NCBI GenBank assembly: GCA_963760795.1
Contig: CAVXEP010000013.1
Span: 160,001 to 224,000, forward strand
Length of the DNA stretch: 64,000 nucleotides
Direction: 5' to 3'
DNA from: an uncultured delta proteobacterium
GTDB taxonomy: Bacteria; Desulfobacterota; Binatia; UBA9968
Shown here: in pieces, positions 1 through 8,147 of the stretch
Layout: each line of letters starts with the position of its first letter
Position numbering within the stretch: position 1 is the first letter of the stretch
Translations under genes and position numbers: made by a program
Notes under the pieces: model-generated
Seen by the model: only the letters and a program-made list of their open reading frames with translations
Told to the model about the DNA's origin: nothing
The model's database searches: none

Positions 1-605
1 TCGAATCAACGGGCACCCAGAGGAAGGCCACCCGGGCAACCTTAGGGAAAGCTTCCTTGAGCAGTTCCAACCGTTTGCCATCTAGATCTGGCGCCATCAT
101 GCTAAGTCCGGTGATATTCCCTCCTGGTCGCGCCAGGCTGGAGACAATCCCAGTTCCTACTGGATCGCCAGCATTGCCGAATACGATGGGAATTGTCACG
201 CTCGCCTTCTTGGCAGCTAAAGTAGCCGTGCCTCCGACGGTGACGATGACGTCAACTTTGAGCTGGACCAGCTCGGCTGCAAGGTCAGGCAGCCGTTCGA
301 GTTTCCCTTCCGCATATCGGTACTCAATGACAATGTTTTTCCCTTCGACATAGCCAAGCTCGCGCAGCCGTCGGCGAAATGCTTCGATCCGGGCCGAATT
401 GAAGGAGGCGGAGGCTCGTGACCAGGATTCCTATCCGGGGAATTCCCGCCGGCTGCTGCGCCTCGGCCACCGCCCCGCAGATTGCGAATGCGATAACGAG
501 GGCAAGAAAGCCCACCCATTTTGGATTTGCGATTTTGGTCCGCGGGGCCGCTTTTGGATTGTCGGATCGAAGCCACAGAAATGCAGTTCGAGATAACTTC
601 GTCAT
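1..605 (-). CDS. ABC_sub_bind-type putative ABC substrate-binding protein; single-base frameshift near 412; runs off the window edge
   Basis: N-terminus ...AVAEAQQPAGIPRIGIL continues after a +1 shift as SARIEAFRRRLRELGYVEGKNIVIEYRYAEGKLERLPDLAAELVQLKVDVIV...GDPVGTGIVSSLARPGGNITGLS, typical of this family. Confidence 0.85.
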
Positions 606-664
606 GTATTCGTTCCCCTAATCTAAAATCTAAAAGCGGCCCCGCGGACGAAAATCCAAAATGG
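516..664. repeat. Inverted-repeat element with AAAATCC/AAAATCT heptamer arms; left arm lies inside the SBP 5' coding region
   Basis: Reverse complement of 516-567 (atccgacaatccaaaagcggccccgcggaccaaaatcgcaaatccaaaatgg) matches 620-664 (aatctaaaatctaaaagcggccccgcggacgaaaatccaaaatgg); related copy at 32490-32615. Confidence 0.85.
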
Positions 665-681
665 ACCTGCCCATTGCCTTC

Positions 682-1241
682 TTAGTCTGTGAAGCTGTGA
701 TGCTTCAAGAACTCTTCAGCATCGCCGGCAGAGAAGAAGACCAATTTGACGGCATCGATCGATTTATCAACCGACAGAAACTGCTCGATGGTGCGCGACG
801 ACACCGCCGCTGCCTTATCCATCGGGTAACCGTAAACACCCGTGGAGATCGCCGGGAAAGCGATTGACTTGAGTTCATGCGTCACCGCCAGACGTCAATG
901 AGTTGAAATAGCACGCCGCCAACAGATCCGCCTTGTCCGCACCGCCGCTGCCGTAGACCGGACCGACGGTGTGGATCACATACTTCGCCGGCAATTTTCC
1001 CGCTGTGGTGATCACCGCATCTCCGGTCGGCAATCCTTGCGGGATACTGCGTGCGGCGAATTTCCGCGCAAGCCGCTTTAATCTCCGGTCCGCCGGCGCG
1101 GTGAATCGCGCCGTCCACGCCGCCGCCGCCCATCAACGTGCCATTGGCCGCGTTGACGATGGCGTCGACCGCCTCTTTGGTAATGTCGCCGACGTTAATC
1201 GCAACCCGGCCAGCCAAGTAGGTTTTAAGCGCAGTCATCAT
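682..1241 (-). CDS. Macro-domain O-acetyl-ADP-ribose deacetylase (YmdB-like), split by two single-base insertions (~1040, ~893)
   Basis: [34 protein letters not shown]; middle frame [28 protein letters not shown]; last frame [15 protein letters not shown]. Confidence 0.9.
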
Positions 1242-1315
1242 CTCTCCCGCTTTATATTACTATCGCGCAAGGTTTGCGACGCTTGCGCAAACGTTTCGAT
1301 GTGCGAGGACCAAGA

Positions 1316-1410
1316 CGGCGGGTTTCAAACCCGCCGCGTTTCTTTTTTGCGCCCTTTGCGTTCTTTGCGGCCAATCTTCCGAATCCGCATCTTCTCTCTG
1401 TGCCCTCAGT
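1316..1410. repeat. Composite REP-like element (GGCGGGTTTCAAACCCGCC hairpin + CTTTGCGTT/CTTTGCGGC nonamers + TCCGAA + CTCTGTG)
   Basis: Same module order recurs at 14533-14655. Confidence 0.75.
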
Positions 1411-1505
1411 CACAGCGGACGCCAGGCAGGCGCGCGCGCTTGACTCCCGCGCCACAAACAAGCCAAAGTACCAGCCGATTCCAGTTCAACATCGCGAGGC
1501 TCTCG

Positions 1506-2471
1506 ATGATCGTCAACTGTGTCGCGTATCAGAACGGACGGAGACTCACCAACATACCGGTGAGTGAGATTCGTTCTTACATCTCACATAAAGATTGTTT
1601 CGTCTGGATGGCGCTCAACGATCCGACGCCGGACGAGCTTCAGACGATGCAAAACGAATTCGACCTACACGATCTCGCGGTGGAGGACGCCCAGCATGGC
1701 CATCAGCGGCCGAAGATCGACGAATACGAGGCCTCGTTATTTGTCGTGCTACAGATCATCGAGCGCGCGGGCGATGAGCTAACGGTCGGCGAGGTCGCTA
1801 TCTTCGTCGGCGCGAACTATGTGCTTTCCGTCCGCACCGGAGCCGAGCGCGGCTTCACTGACGTGCGCGCCCGCTGCGAGCGTGAGCCCGAACTACTCAA
1901 CCATGGAGCAGGCTACGTGCTCTACGCTTTGATGGACGCGGTGGTCGACCGTTACTTTCCCATTCTCGACGAACTCGAAACCGAGATCGAAAATATCGAA
2001 GACCGGATGTTTGCCGACCAAACCGCCAAAGCGAACATCGAGGCGCTCTACGATCTAAAGCGCAAGCTCATGACCCTCAAGCATGCCACCGAACCGTTGC
2101 TCGAAGCCACTAGCAAACTATTCGGCGGCCGCGTGCCGCAGTTGGTGGTGGGACTGCAAGATTATTTCCGGGATGTCTACGATCATGTGCTGCGCGTGCA
2201 TCAATCCGTCGACACTCTGCGCGACATGATCACTACCGCTATCTCGGTGGCGATCTCGCTGATCACGATTCAAGAAAATGAGGTCACCAAGCGGTTGGCC
2301 GGCTACGCCGCCCTCGTGGCGGTGCCGACTCTGATCGCTGGCATTTACGGCATGAATTTCCAACACATGCCGGAACTCAACTCGCCGTGGGGCTACCCGC
2401 TCACCGTGGCGGCAATGATCGGTATCGATGTGTACCTGTTCTGGCGCTTTCGCAAAGCCAAGTGGCTTTAA
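1506..2471 (+). CDS. corA: Magnesium/cobalt transporter CorA
   Basis: HDLAVEDA..HQRPKID, YFRDVYDH, PTLIAGIYGMNF (GMN signature), two C-terminal TM helices; start reassigned to ATG 1506. Confidence 0.95.
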   Translation: MIVNCVAYQNGRRLTNIPVSEIRSYISHKDCFVWMALNDPTPDELQTMQNEFDLHDLAVEDAQHGHQRPKIDEYEASLFVVLQIIERAGDELTVGEVAIFVGANYVLSVRTGAERGFTDVRARCEREPELLNHGAGYVLYALMDAVVDRYFPILDELETEIENIEDRMFADQTAKANIEALYDLKRKLMTLKHATEPLLEATSKLFGGRVPQLVVGLQDYFRDVYDHVLRVHQSVDTLRDMITTAISVAISLITIQENEVTKRLAGYAALVAVPTLIAGIYGMNFQHMPELNSPWGYPLTVAAMIGIDVYLFWRFRKAKWL

Positions 2472-2478
2472 CTGTCCG

Positions 2479-2700
2479 ATGTCGAAGAGGGTCTGCTTAA
2501 ACGGCGCGGTCGGCGTACGCGGCATTGCGATCATTGAAGCCGTTAAAGGTCCACTGATTTTACTGGTTGGCTTCGGCTTGTTATCCTTGGCTCACCGCGA
2601 CGTTGAACAATTCGCCGCGGAACTGGTTCGCCATGCCCATCTAAATCCCGCCAGCCACTAACCGCACATCTTCATTGAAGCCGCGACAAAGGCGACGAGC
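2479..2700 (+). pseudogene. DUF2127-like membrane protein remnant
   Basis: GVRGIAIIEAVKGPLILLVGFGLLSLAHRDVEQFAAELVRHAHLNPASH*PHIFIEAA: in-frame TAA at 2659-2661 and truncated downstream. Confidence 0.65.
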
Positions 2701-2764
2701 GTTAGAGTCCACCGCTGCCGCGACTGGGTGATTACGCTGGCCTATAAGCGTATCGCTTCGACAA

Positions 2765-4054
2765 TTGTCCCGTGAATCGCTACTGTGGCGCGTGACTCCG
2801 GTAACCCCAGATAGGCCAGACTCCGTTGCGGTCAGTCGCATCGCGGCCTTACATTACCGCGATTTCCGGCTCTACTGGGTGGGTCTCTTTCTCGCCAACA
2901 TCGGCACCTGGATGCAGATTACCGCGGTCAGTTGGCTGATTTATAGAATCACCAGCTCACCGTTTCAGCTCGGCATGAATGGGCTTTTTCGCGCGGTGCC
3001 GGCGATCGGCTTAAGTATCCTCAGCGGGACGATTGCCGATCGCTACGACCGTAAGAAGCTCATGCTTACGACCCAGTGTCTGCTCGGTGCGCTGGCGCTG
3101 TTACTCGGCGTGCTAGACCATTCCGAAAACATTCAGCTTTGGCAAATCTATGCGGTGACGTTTCTGAGCGCGGCGGTAGCTTCCTGCGATGGGCCGGCGC
3201 GCCAAGCGCTGTTTCCTACTCTGGTTCCCCAAGCGGTTCTAGCGAACGCGGTGGCGCTCAATTCCGTTTTGATGAAAGGGCCGGCGCTGATCGGTCCACT
3301 GCTGGCGGGGGCGGTCATCAGCTTGATCGGCACGCACGGGGCATTTTACGCGAATGCAGCAAGTTATCTTTGCACGATAGTCGCGTTGTTATTAATGCGC
3401 ACACCCACCCCGGCGACGGCGTCGGCAAGAAAGCCCAGCTTCGGTGAAGATATCAAAAGCGGCATTAGCTACGTGCACTCACAAAAAATCATTCTCGGCA
3501 TTATCGTCATGGAAGCGACGACGTCGGTCTTCGGCATGGATAACGCGATGTTAACTATTTTTGCCAGCGATATCCTGCGTGTCGGCGCGCACGGCTTCGG
3601 CATCATGCAATCGGCGCGGGGCATTGGCGCGGTGGTCGGTTCGAGCTTTTTCATCAGTGTCGGCCAACGGCCTTTTCTGGGAAACATTCTATTAGGTTCC
3701 TCGATCGTTTACGGCTTGTGTTTCGCCCTTTTCGGTTTATCGAATTCATACATTCTATCGTTAATGCTACTTGCATGTGTCGGAGCGGCGGATGCAATTT
3801 GGTCAGCGGCGCGAAGCACGATACTACAGTGGACGGCTCCCAATGAGTTGCGTGGCCGGGTCATGGGTATATTCCAAATTGCCACGCAGGGACTCAATCC
3901 CATGGGCCAGGTCGAAACCGGAGTCGTGGTGCCGATCATCGGCGCGCGCGAAGCGACATTTTTTGGAGGATCGATCGTGTGGCTCGCGACCATGCTGACA
4001 ATCTGGCAGATCCCGCAGATTCGGAAGTTCAGACTCGAAGGTCGTAAACAATGA
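2765..4054 (+). CDS. MFS transporter (MFS_3/DUF894-like); start uncertain
   Basis: ALHYRDFRLYWVG..NIGTWMQ, GTIADRYDRKKL motif A, ELRGRVMG, about 12 hydrophobic segments. Confidence 0.9.
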   Translation: MSRESLLWRVTPVTPDRPDSVAVSRIAALHYRDFRLYWVGLFLANIGTWMQITAVSWLIYRITSSPFQLGMNGLFRAVPAIGLSILSGTIADRYDRKKLMLTTQCLLGALALLLGVLDHSENIQLWQIYAVTFLSAAVASCDGPARQALFPTLVPQAVLANAVALNSVLMKGPALIGPLLAGAVISLIGTHGAFYANAASYLCTIVALLLMRTPTPATASARKPSFGEDIKSGISYVHSQKIILGIIVMEATTSVFGMDNAMLTIFASDILRVGAHGFGIMQSARGIGAVVGSSFFISVGQRPFLGNILLGSSIVYGLCFALFGLSNSYILSLMLLACVGAADAIWSAARSTILQWTAPNELRGRVMGIFQIATQGLNPMGQVETGVVVPIIGAREATFFGGSIVWLATMLTIWQIPQIRKFRLEGRKQ

Positions 4055-4207
4055 GATATATTTAACGCGAGCTTTCGGGGTTCTTCCTCCAACGATCCGT
4101 GTACAGATTTACAACCGCGATGAATCCCTCAACATCTGGCAGCTCGCTTGAATATTCGCCGCGGGCTACGATCTCTCACATCATCGCATTCATAGCGAAG
4201 GAGTCTT

Positions 4208-4897
4208 GTGGATAAGTTAACTCGCGCCGACGCAACTCCCGAGTTACGGGACGCTGAACCGCGGTGGCCGGCTTTCGTAGCCGTACTGGCGGCTGGCGGT
4301 CTCTATGCCGCATTACCCGAAGTCTTGACCATGGGCCCGCGTTGGCTCTTTCCATCGGTCGTTTTGGCGCTGCTGATTCCCAACATCGTTGCTCATCACA
4401 CAGGCAGCCATCGGCTTAACACGCTCATCGGTTTCATCGTCGATGGAGTGCTCACGGCCGGACTCATTATAACCCTCGGACTTTTAGTCACCGCTCTGCC
4501 GACGCAGAAGGTAACGCCCATCGCGCTGCTGCTTGCGGCAGCATCTCTGTGGGTTACCAATATTCTAGTCTTTGCACTGTGGTATTGGCGGCTGGATGCC
4601 GGCGGGCCGCATCAACGGGACAAACGCGCGGCACACAGCGAAGGTGCGTTTCTCTTTCCTCAAATGACTATGAGCGAAGAAGCGTTGAGACAAACCGGCC
4701 AACGGCGCTGGTCGCCGAATTTCGTCGATTACTTGTTCTTGGCTTTCAACACCAACACGGCATTTTCGCCCACCGACGTGCCGGTGTTGGCGCGCTGGGC
4801 AAAAGTCTTGATGATGGTGCAATCGCTGCTATCGTTATTAATCATCGTGTTATTAGCCGGGCGCGCTATCAACATATTGGGAGGGATTAGCGACTAG
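4208..4897 (+). CDS. DUF1345-like integral membrane protein
   Basis: WVTNILVFALWYWRLDAGGP..FLFPQM..WSPNFVDYLFLAFNTNTAFSPTDV; aaggag RBS before the GTG start. Confidence 0.8.
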   Translation: MDKLTRADATPELRDAEPRWPAFVAVLAAGGLYAALPEVLTMGPRWLFPSVVLALLIPNIVAHHTGSHRLNTLIGFIVDGVLTAGLIITLGLLVTALPTQKVTPIALLLAAASLWVTNILVFALWYWRLDAGGPHQRDKRAAHSEGAFLFPQMTMSEEALRQTGQRRWSPNFVDYLFLAFNTNTAFSPTDVPVLARWAKVLMMVQSLLSLLIIVLLAGRAINILGGISD

Positions 4898-4946
4898 GAG
4901 CAAACGACATGAATTTGTTTTCTCGCGTTGGCAACGCGCACCGGAT

Positions 4947-5681
4947 CTAACCGAGCGGCACGAGCTCTTTTAATTTCGGTAGGAGCTCATCATAGCCGTA
5001 GATCACCGCTTTAGGCGCGGCGGCGCGGAGGGTTTCTTCGTCGTTGTATGAGTGTTGCGTCGACAAAGCGATGGCAATCACTTCGAGAAACGTGTCGCCC
5101 ACTTTGCAGCCATCGGCGTTGTTGGCGGCTTTGATGTAATTCGCCGTGCCACTGAGCAAGACGATGCGTATGTGCGGCGTTTTTTGTTTGCGGTAGAGGT
5201 AATAGAAGCCCTGCTCTTTGGCGTAGTAGGTTTGTTCACGGTCGACGATTTCTTCGAAATAATCGCCGATGCCGACTTTTTCCATAGCCTGGTGCTTATA
5301 ACGCCGTCCGCCGGTGGTCATTAGCACATTGCGCAGACCCGCGGCTTTGGTTTCCTGTAACGACTTTTCGATGCCGAGTTGAAACTCCGGCGGATTGACA
5401 TCGTAGCCATGCTTGCGCGCGATCTCCAATGCGATCCTGCGGATCTCAACGCGCTTGGCCTCATTGAACGGCAGATTGTGATCCTTGGCATACTCCGCGG
5501 CAAAAATAAGCGGGATCAAAAACAGATCGAACGGGCCATCGGCGATTTTACGCAGCTCTTCGAAACTCAGCGGTGGCAAGTTATAACGCGCCAAGAGCTC
5601 GTTGGCGATCACGTGGACCCGCTGAATATCAGTCTCCACGGTATCTGACATCGTTCGCACCAAAAACATGTCGCTTGCCAT
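4947..5681 (-). CDS. HAD-fold (phosphoglycolate-phosphatase-like) protein lacking the catalytic aspartates
   Basis: Overall HAD pattern (VLMTT, GIGDYFEEIV, K motif, EETLRAAAPKAVI) but motif I reads RTMSDTV and motif IV reads SGTANYI. Confidence 0.65.
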   Translation of the reverse strand: MASDMFLVRTMSDTVETDIQRVHVIANELLARYNLPPLSFEELRKIADGPFDLFLIPLIFAAEYAKDHNLPFNEAKRVEIRRIALEIARKHGYDVNPPEFQLGIEKSLQETKAAGLRNVLMTTGGRRYKHQAMEKVGIGDYFEEIVDREQTYYAKEQGFYYLYRKQKTPHIRIVLLSGTANYIKAANNADGCKVGDTFLEVIAIALSTQHSYNDEETLRAAAPKAVIYGYDELLPKLKELVPLG

Positions 5682-5737
5682 GGTTTTGCCCTCCCTGGGA
5701 CGCATATTATTGAAGCCCGCCGTTAGTGGCAAGGGTT

Positions 5738-5830
5738 CTCAAATTACAAATTCCAGATTACAAACTCCAAATTAATCCGGAACAGTCCGATTTTTTTTGG
5801 AATATGGAATCTGTAATTTGTAATTTCGAG
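5738..5830. repeat. 7-bp-periodic inverted-repeat element with TCCGGA..TCCGA core
   Basis: aaattac-aaattcc-agattac-aaactcc | tccggaacagtccga | ttggaat-atggaat-ctgtaat-ttgtaat. Confidence 0.85.
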
Positions 5831-5831
5831 G

Positions 5832-6131
5832 TTAGTCCTCGCTCACGCGAGGACTAACTTCGAACGGCAACTTATGTCTGCGTGCCGAATTGCACGGCTT
5901 GCAGCTCGGCACGACATTACCTTTAGTCGACTTGCCGCCGCGCACCACCGGCACGAGATGATCCATGGTCAGTTCCGCCGGCGCAAACTTGCCAGCACAA
6001 TGGTGGCAAACTCCGATCGCCAGCTTGCGCTTCCACCACTGGCTCTGGCGCAGCTCTCGCGCCTTCTGCCGCTCGCGGCGCATCGCTGCTTCGGACAATT
6101 CGACTAGAAAGGGCGTAGGCTCCATCATCAC
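5832..6131 (-). CDS. Small HNH endonuclease with Zn-finger
   Basis: WWKRKLAIGVCHHC..LTMDHLVPVVRGGKSTKGNVVPSCKPCN; start overlaps the stop of the upstream SBP. Confidence 0.9.
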   Translation of the reverse strand: MMMEPTPFLVELSEAAMRRERQKARELRQSQWWKRKLAIGVCHHCAGKFAPAELTMDHLVPVVRGGKSTKGNVVPSCKPCNSARRHKLPFEVSPRVSED

Positions 6132-7084
6132 CTGGCGGCGCTCGGGAAGAAACTGGTATCGATAACCCGGCGCGCATCGAGTTCCTTTTCTTTGCCGCTG
6201 CTGAGGCTGCGAATGATCGTCTGTAAACCGGCGGCGGTGGGTACCGGCTCTTCGCGGATGCGTTTGCGCAAATTCTCGTAAGTGACTTTCAACTCGGTGT
6301 CACTTTGCCGGGAAAACTTGCGTAGGTACGGGATAACCGCTTCAGGATGGCTGCGATGGAACTTGATCCCTTCGACGTACGCCCGCATAAAACGCTCCAC
6401 CAGCGGCCGGTTTTCCGTGATCAATGCACCCCGCGTCGCCAGCGTATAGTGTGCGTATTCGACATCGAGATCGGTGAGGTCGGCCAAAACGTTCAACCCC
6501 ATGCGCTGCACTTCGACAATCTGCGGCGGCGATAACAGACTGGCCTGCACATGTTTGCCTTGAAGCGCCGCCATGCGCGCCACCGTCAAACCGACTTGCA
6601 GCATGCGCACGTCCTTGTCCGGATCGAGCCCCCAACGGCGTAGCGCTTCGCGGGATGCGAACTCGTCGCCCGAGCCGAAGCGGCTAATCGCCAGCGTCTT
6701 GCCTTTCAGGTCGGCAGGCTTTTGCAGCTCGGGCAACGTCACCATGACGTAGTTGAAGCGGTTCATGAACACAGCGATGATCTTTAGATCGATTCCGGCG
6801 GCCACCGCGGCCACTACCGGTACCGCACCGACATGGGCGAAACTCACCTCGCCGGCGATCAGCGATTGCACCACTGTCGCCGAGCTGCCAATCTGGATGT
6901 TCTCCACAGCAAAGCCATGTTTCTTGTAGATGCCGCTGTCGATCGCGACCTGGATATGATCCGAGGAGCCGCCGATGTTGGCGACGCGGATTTTCGTCAC
7001 GGGTTGAGCGTGGGTCACACTGATTTGGCTGAGCAACGGCAAAATGGAGATGATCTTAAGTATTAGAATTGGGCGCATAAACAC
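6128..7084 (-). CDS. NMT1/SsuA-type substrate-binding protein
   Basis: Signal peptide ending THAQ; GIYKKHG, PADLKGKTLAISRFGS, WGLDPDKDV, VERFMRAY. Confidence 0.9.
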   Translation of the reverse strand: MFMRPILILKIISILPLLSQISVTHAQPVTKIRVANIGGSSDHIQVAIDSGIYKKHGFAVENIQIGSSATVVQSLIAGEVSFAHVGAVPVVAAVAAGIDLKIIAVFMNRFNYVMVTLPELQKPADLKGKTLAISRFGSGDEFASREALRRWGLDPDKDVRMLQVGLTVARMAALQGKHVQASLLSPPQIVEVQRMGLNVLADLTDLDVEYAHYTLATRGALITENRPLVERFMRAYVEGIKFHRSHPEAVIPYLRKFSRQSDTELKVTYENLRKRIREEPVPTAAGLQTIIRSLSSGKEKELDARRVIDTSFFPSAAR

Positions 7085-7099
7085 GTCTCGCGCTAATTT

Positions 7100-7258
7100 C
7101 CGACATCCATCTCTTCGACGTTGGAGGACAAAGAGCCTGCCCCGGACCCGATCCGGGATCGGGGGCGCGCGTCAGGTTTATGACGTGCGCAGCATCCCCA
7201 TCCTGACCCTTCGGCTGGCTCAGGGCAAGGTCTTCCCAGGTTGAGGGGAAAGGAGGTT
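7100..7258. repeat. Nested/degenerate REP-like palindrome cluster
   Basis: cctgccccggacccgatccggg hairpin; ccccatcctga[cccttcggctggctcagggcaag]gtcttccc..ggggaaagg, i.e. one palindrome inserted in another. Confidence 0.55.
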
Positions 7259-7339
7259 TCGTAGCGGCATTCGCGACAAAATGAGCTTTCACCCAGCCCC
7301 CTTACGTCCGTCTGCTGTGCTTGGTTCGTTCCCAACGAT

Positions 7340-7894
7340 TTATACAAACTCGATCATCCCCAACCGGGAAAAGCGAAACTGCTTATTCGCCGAGGCCGGT
7401 AGGATCGTCATCTGATGAATCGCGTACTCATGTTCGTAGTTTCGTTTAGCGTTGACGCCGTCGAGGGGAATGACCACATCGTACTTATAAATCCGCGCCG
7501 CTGTCGTCGCCGTGTAGAGCACGGCGAAGTTAGTCGCCGAACCGACGATCACCAGCGACCGGCAGTGGCATTTGTCCAACTCGGCTTTTAACTCACCATC
7601 CATGAACTTATCGAAGGCATCGGGATACAGGATCGGTTCCGACGGCCTTCGCTGCAATGGCCCGGCAACTTCACCCAACGCCGTTCCCTTACCCATGGCG
7701 GAGATGGTGTACAAAATCGGTATCGCGGCCTGTCGCGCCCGATCGAGAAAGCTACTCAAGGGCTGCATCAACTTCGAGCAGACTTCCTGAGGATCCTCGC
7801 AGCGTACGCTCAAATCGAGCACTATGATCGCTGAAGTCTTGCCGACAAGTTTTACTGGTTGTGGCTCCGGCCGGTTAGGCCCCTCTTGAGTCAT
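7340..7894 (-). CDS. Isochorismatase/cysteine-hydrolase-fold protein with the nucleophile Cys replaced by Ala
   Basis: SAIIVLD, ARQAAIPILYT, LVIVGSATNFAVLYTA (canonical G..T..CV..TA), YDVVIPLDG. Confidence 0.8.
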   Translation of the reverse strand: MTQEGPNRPEPQPVKLVGKTSAIIVLDLSVRCEDPQEVCSKLMQPLSSFLDRARQAAIPILYTISAMGKGTALGEVAGPLQRRPSEPILYPDAFDKFMDGELKAELDKCHCRSLVIVGSATNFAVLYTATTAARIYKYDVVIPLDGVNAKRNYEHEYAIHQMTILPASANKQFRFSRLGMIEFV

Positions 7895-8147
7895 GAGTAT
7901 TCTCCTCGATGAAGTCGGTTTCGAGCAATACCGCGCAGGACGGGCAATAGCGCTGGCGCAGTACGTATTGGCCGTTGAGCACGGACATCAGCGCGCCGGC
8001 TTTGGTCGGCGCCAGCAGGCGAGTTTTGCTGCACTCGCGCCAGTCTTCGCCGGCGCGGCAGTACTTGTGGCCACATGGGGCGCAGCAAATCCAAGCGGCG
8101 CCGTCAAGATTCTCGACGACCAAGTTTGCCCGCAGCGGATGTCTCAT
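7875..8147 (-). CDS. Acetone carboxylase gamma-subunit-like Zn-binding protein
   Basis: ICCAPCGHKYC..EDW..LRQRYCPSCAVLLETD; overlaps both neighbouring genes. Confidence 0.8.
   Translation of the reverse strand: MRHPLRANLVVENLDGAAWICCAPCGHKYCRAGEDWRECSKTRLLAPTKAGALMSVLNGQYVLRQRYCPSCAVLLETDFIEENTHDSRGA

Noticed and set aside
969-1505. 180-aa N-terminal extension on CorA
   Set aside because: Antisense to the macro-domain gene and runs through a repeat; CorA similarity starts at ATG 1506.
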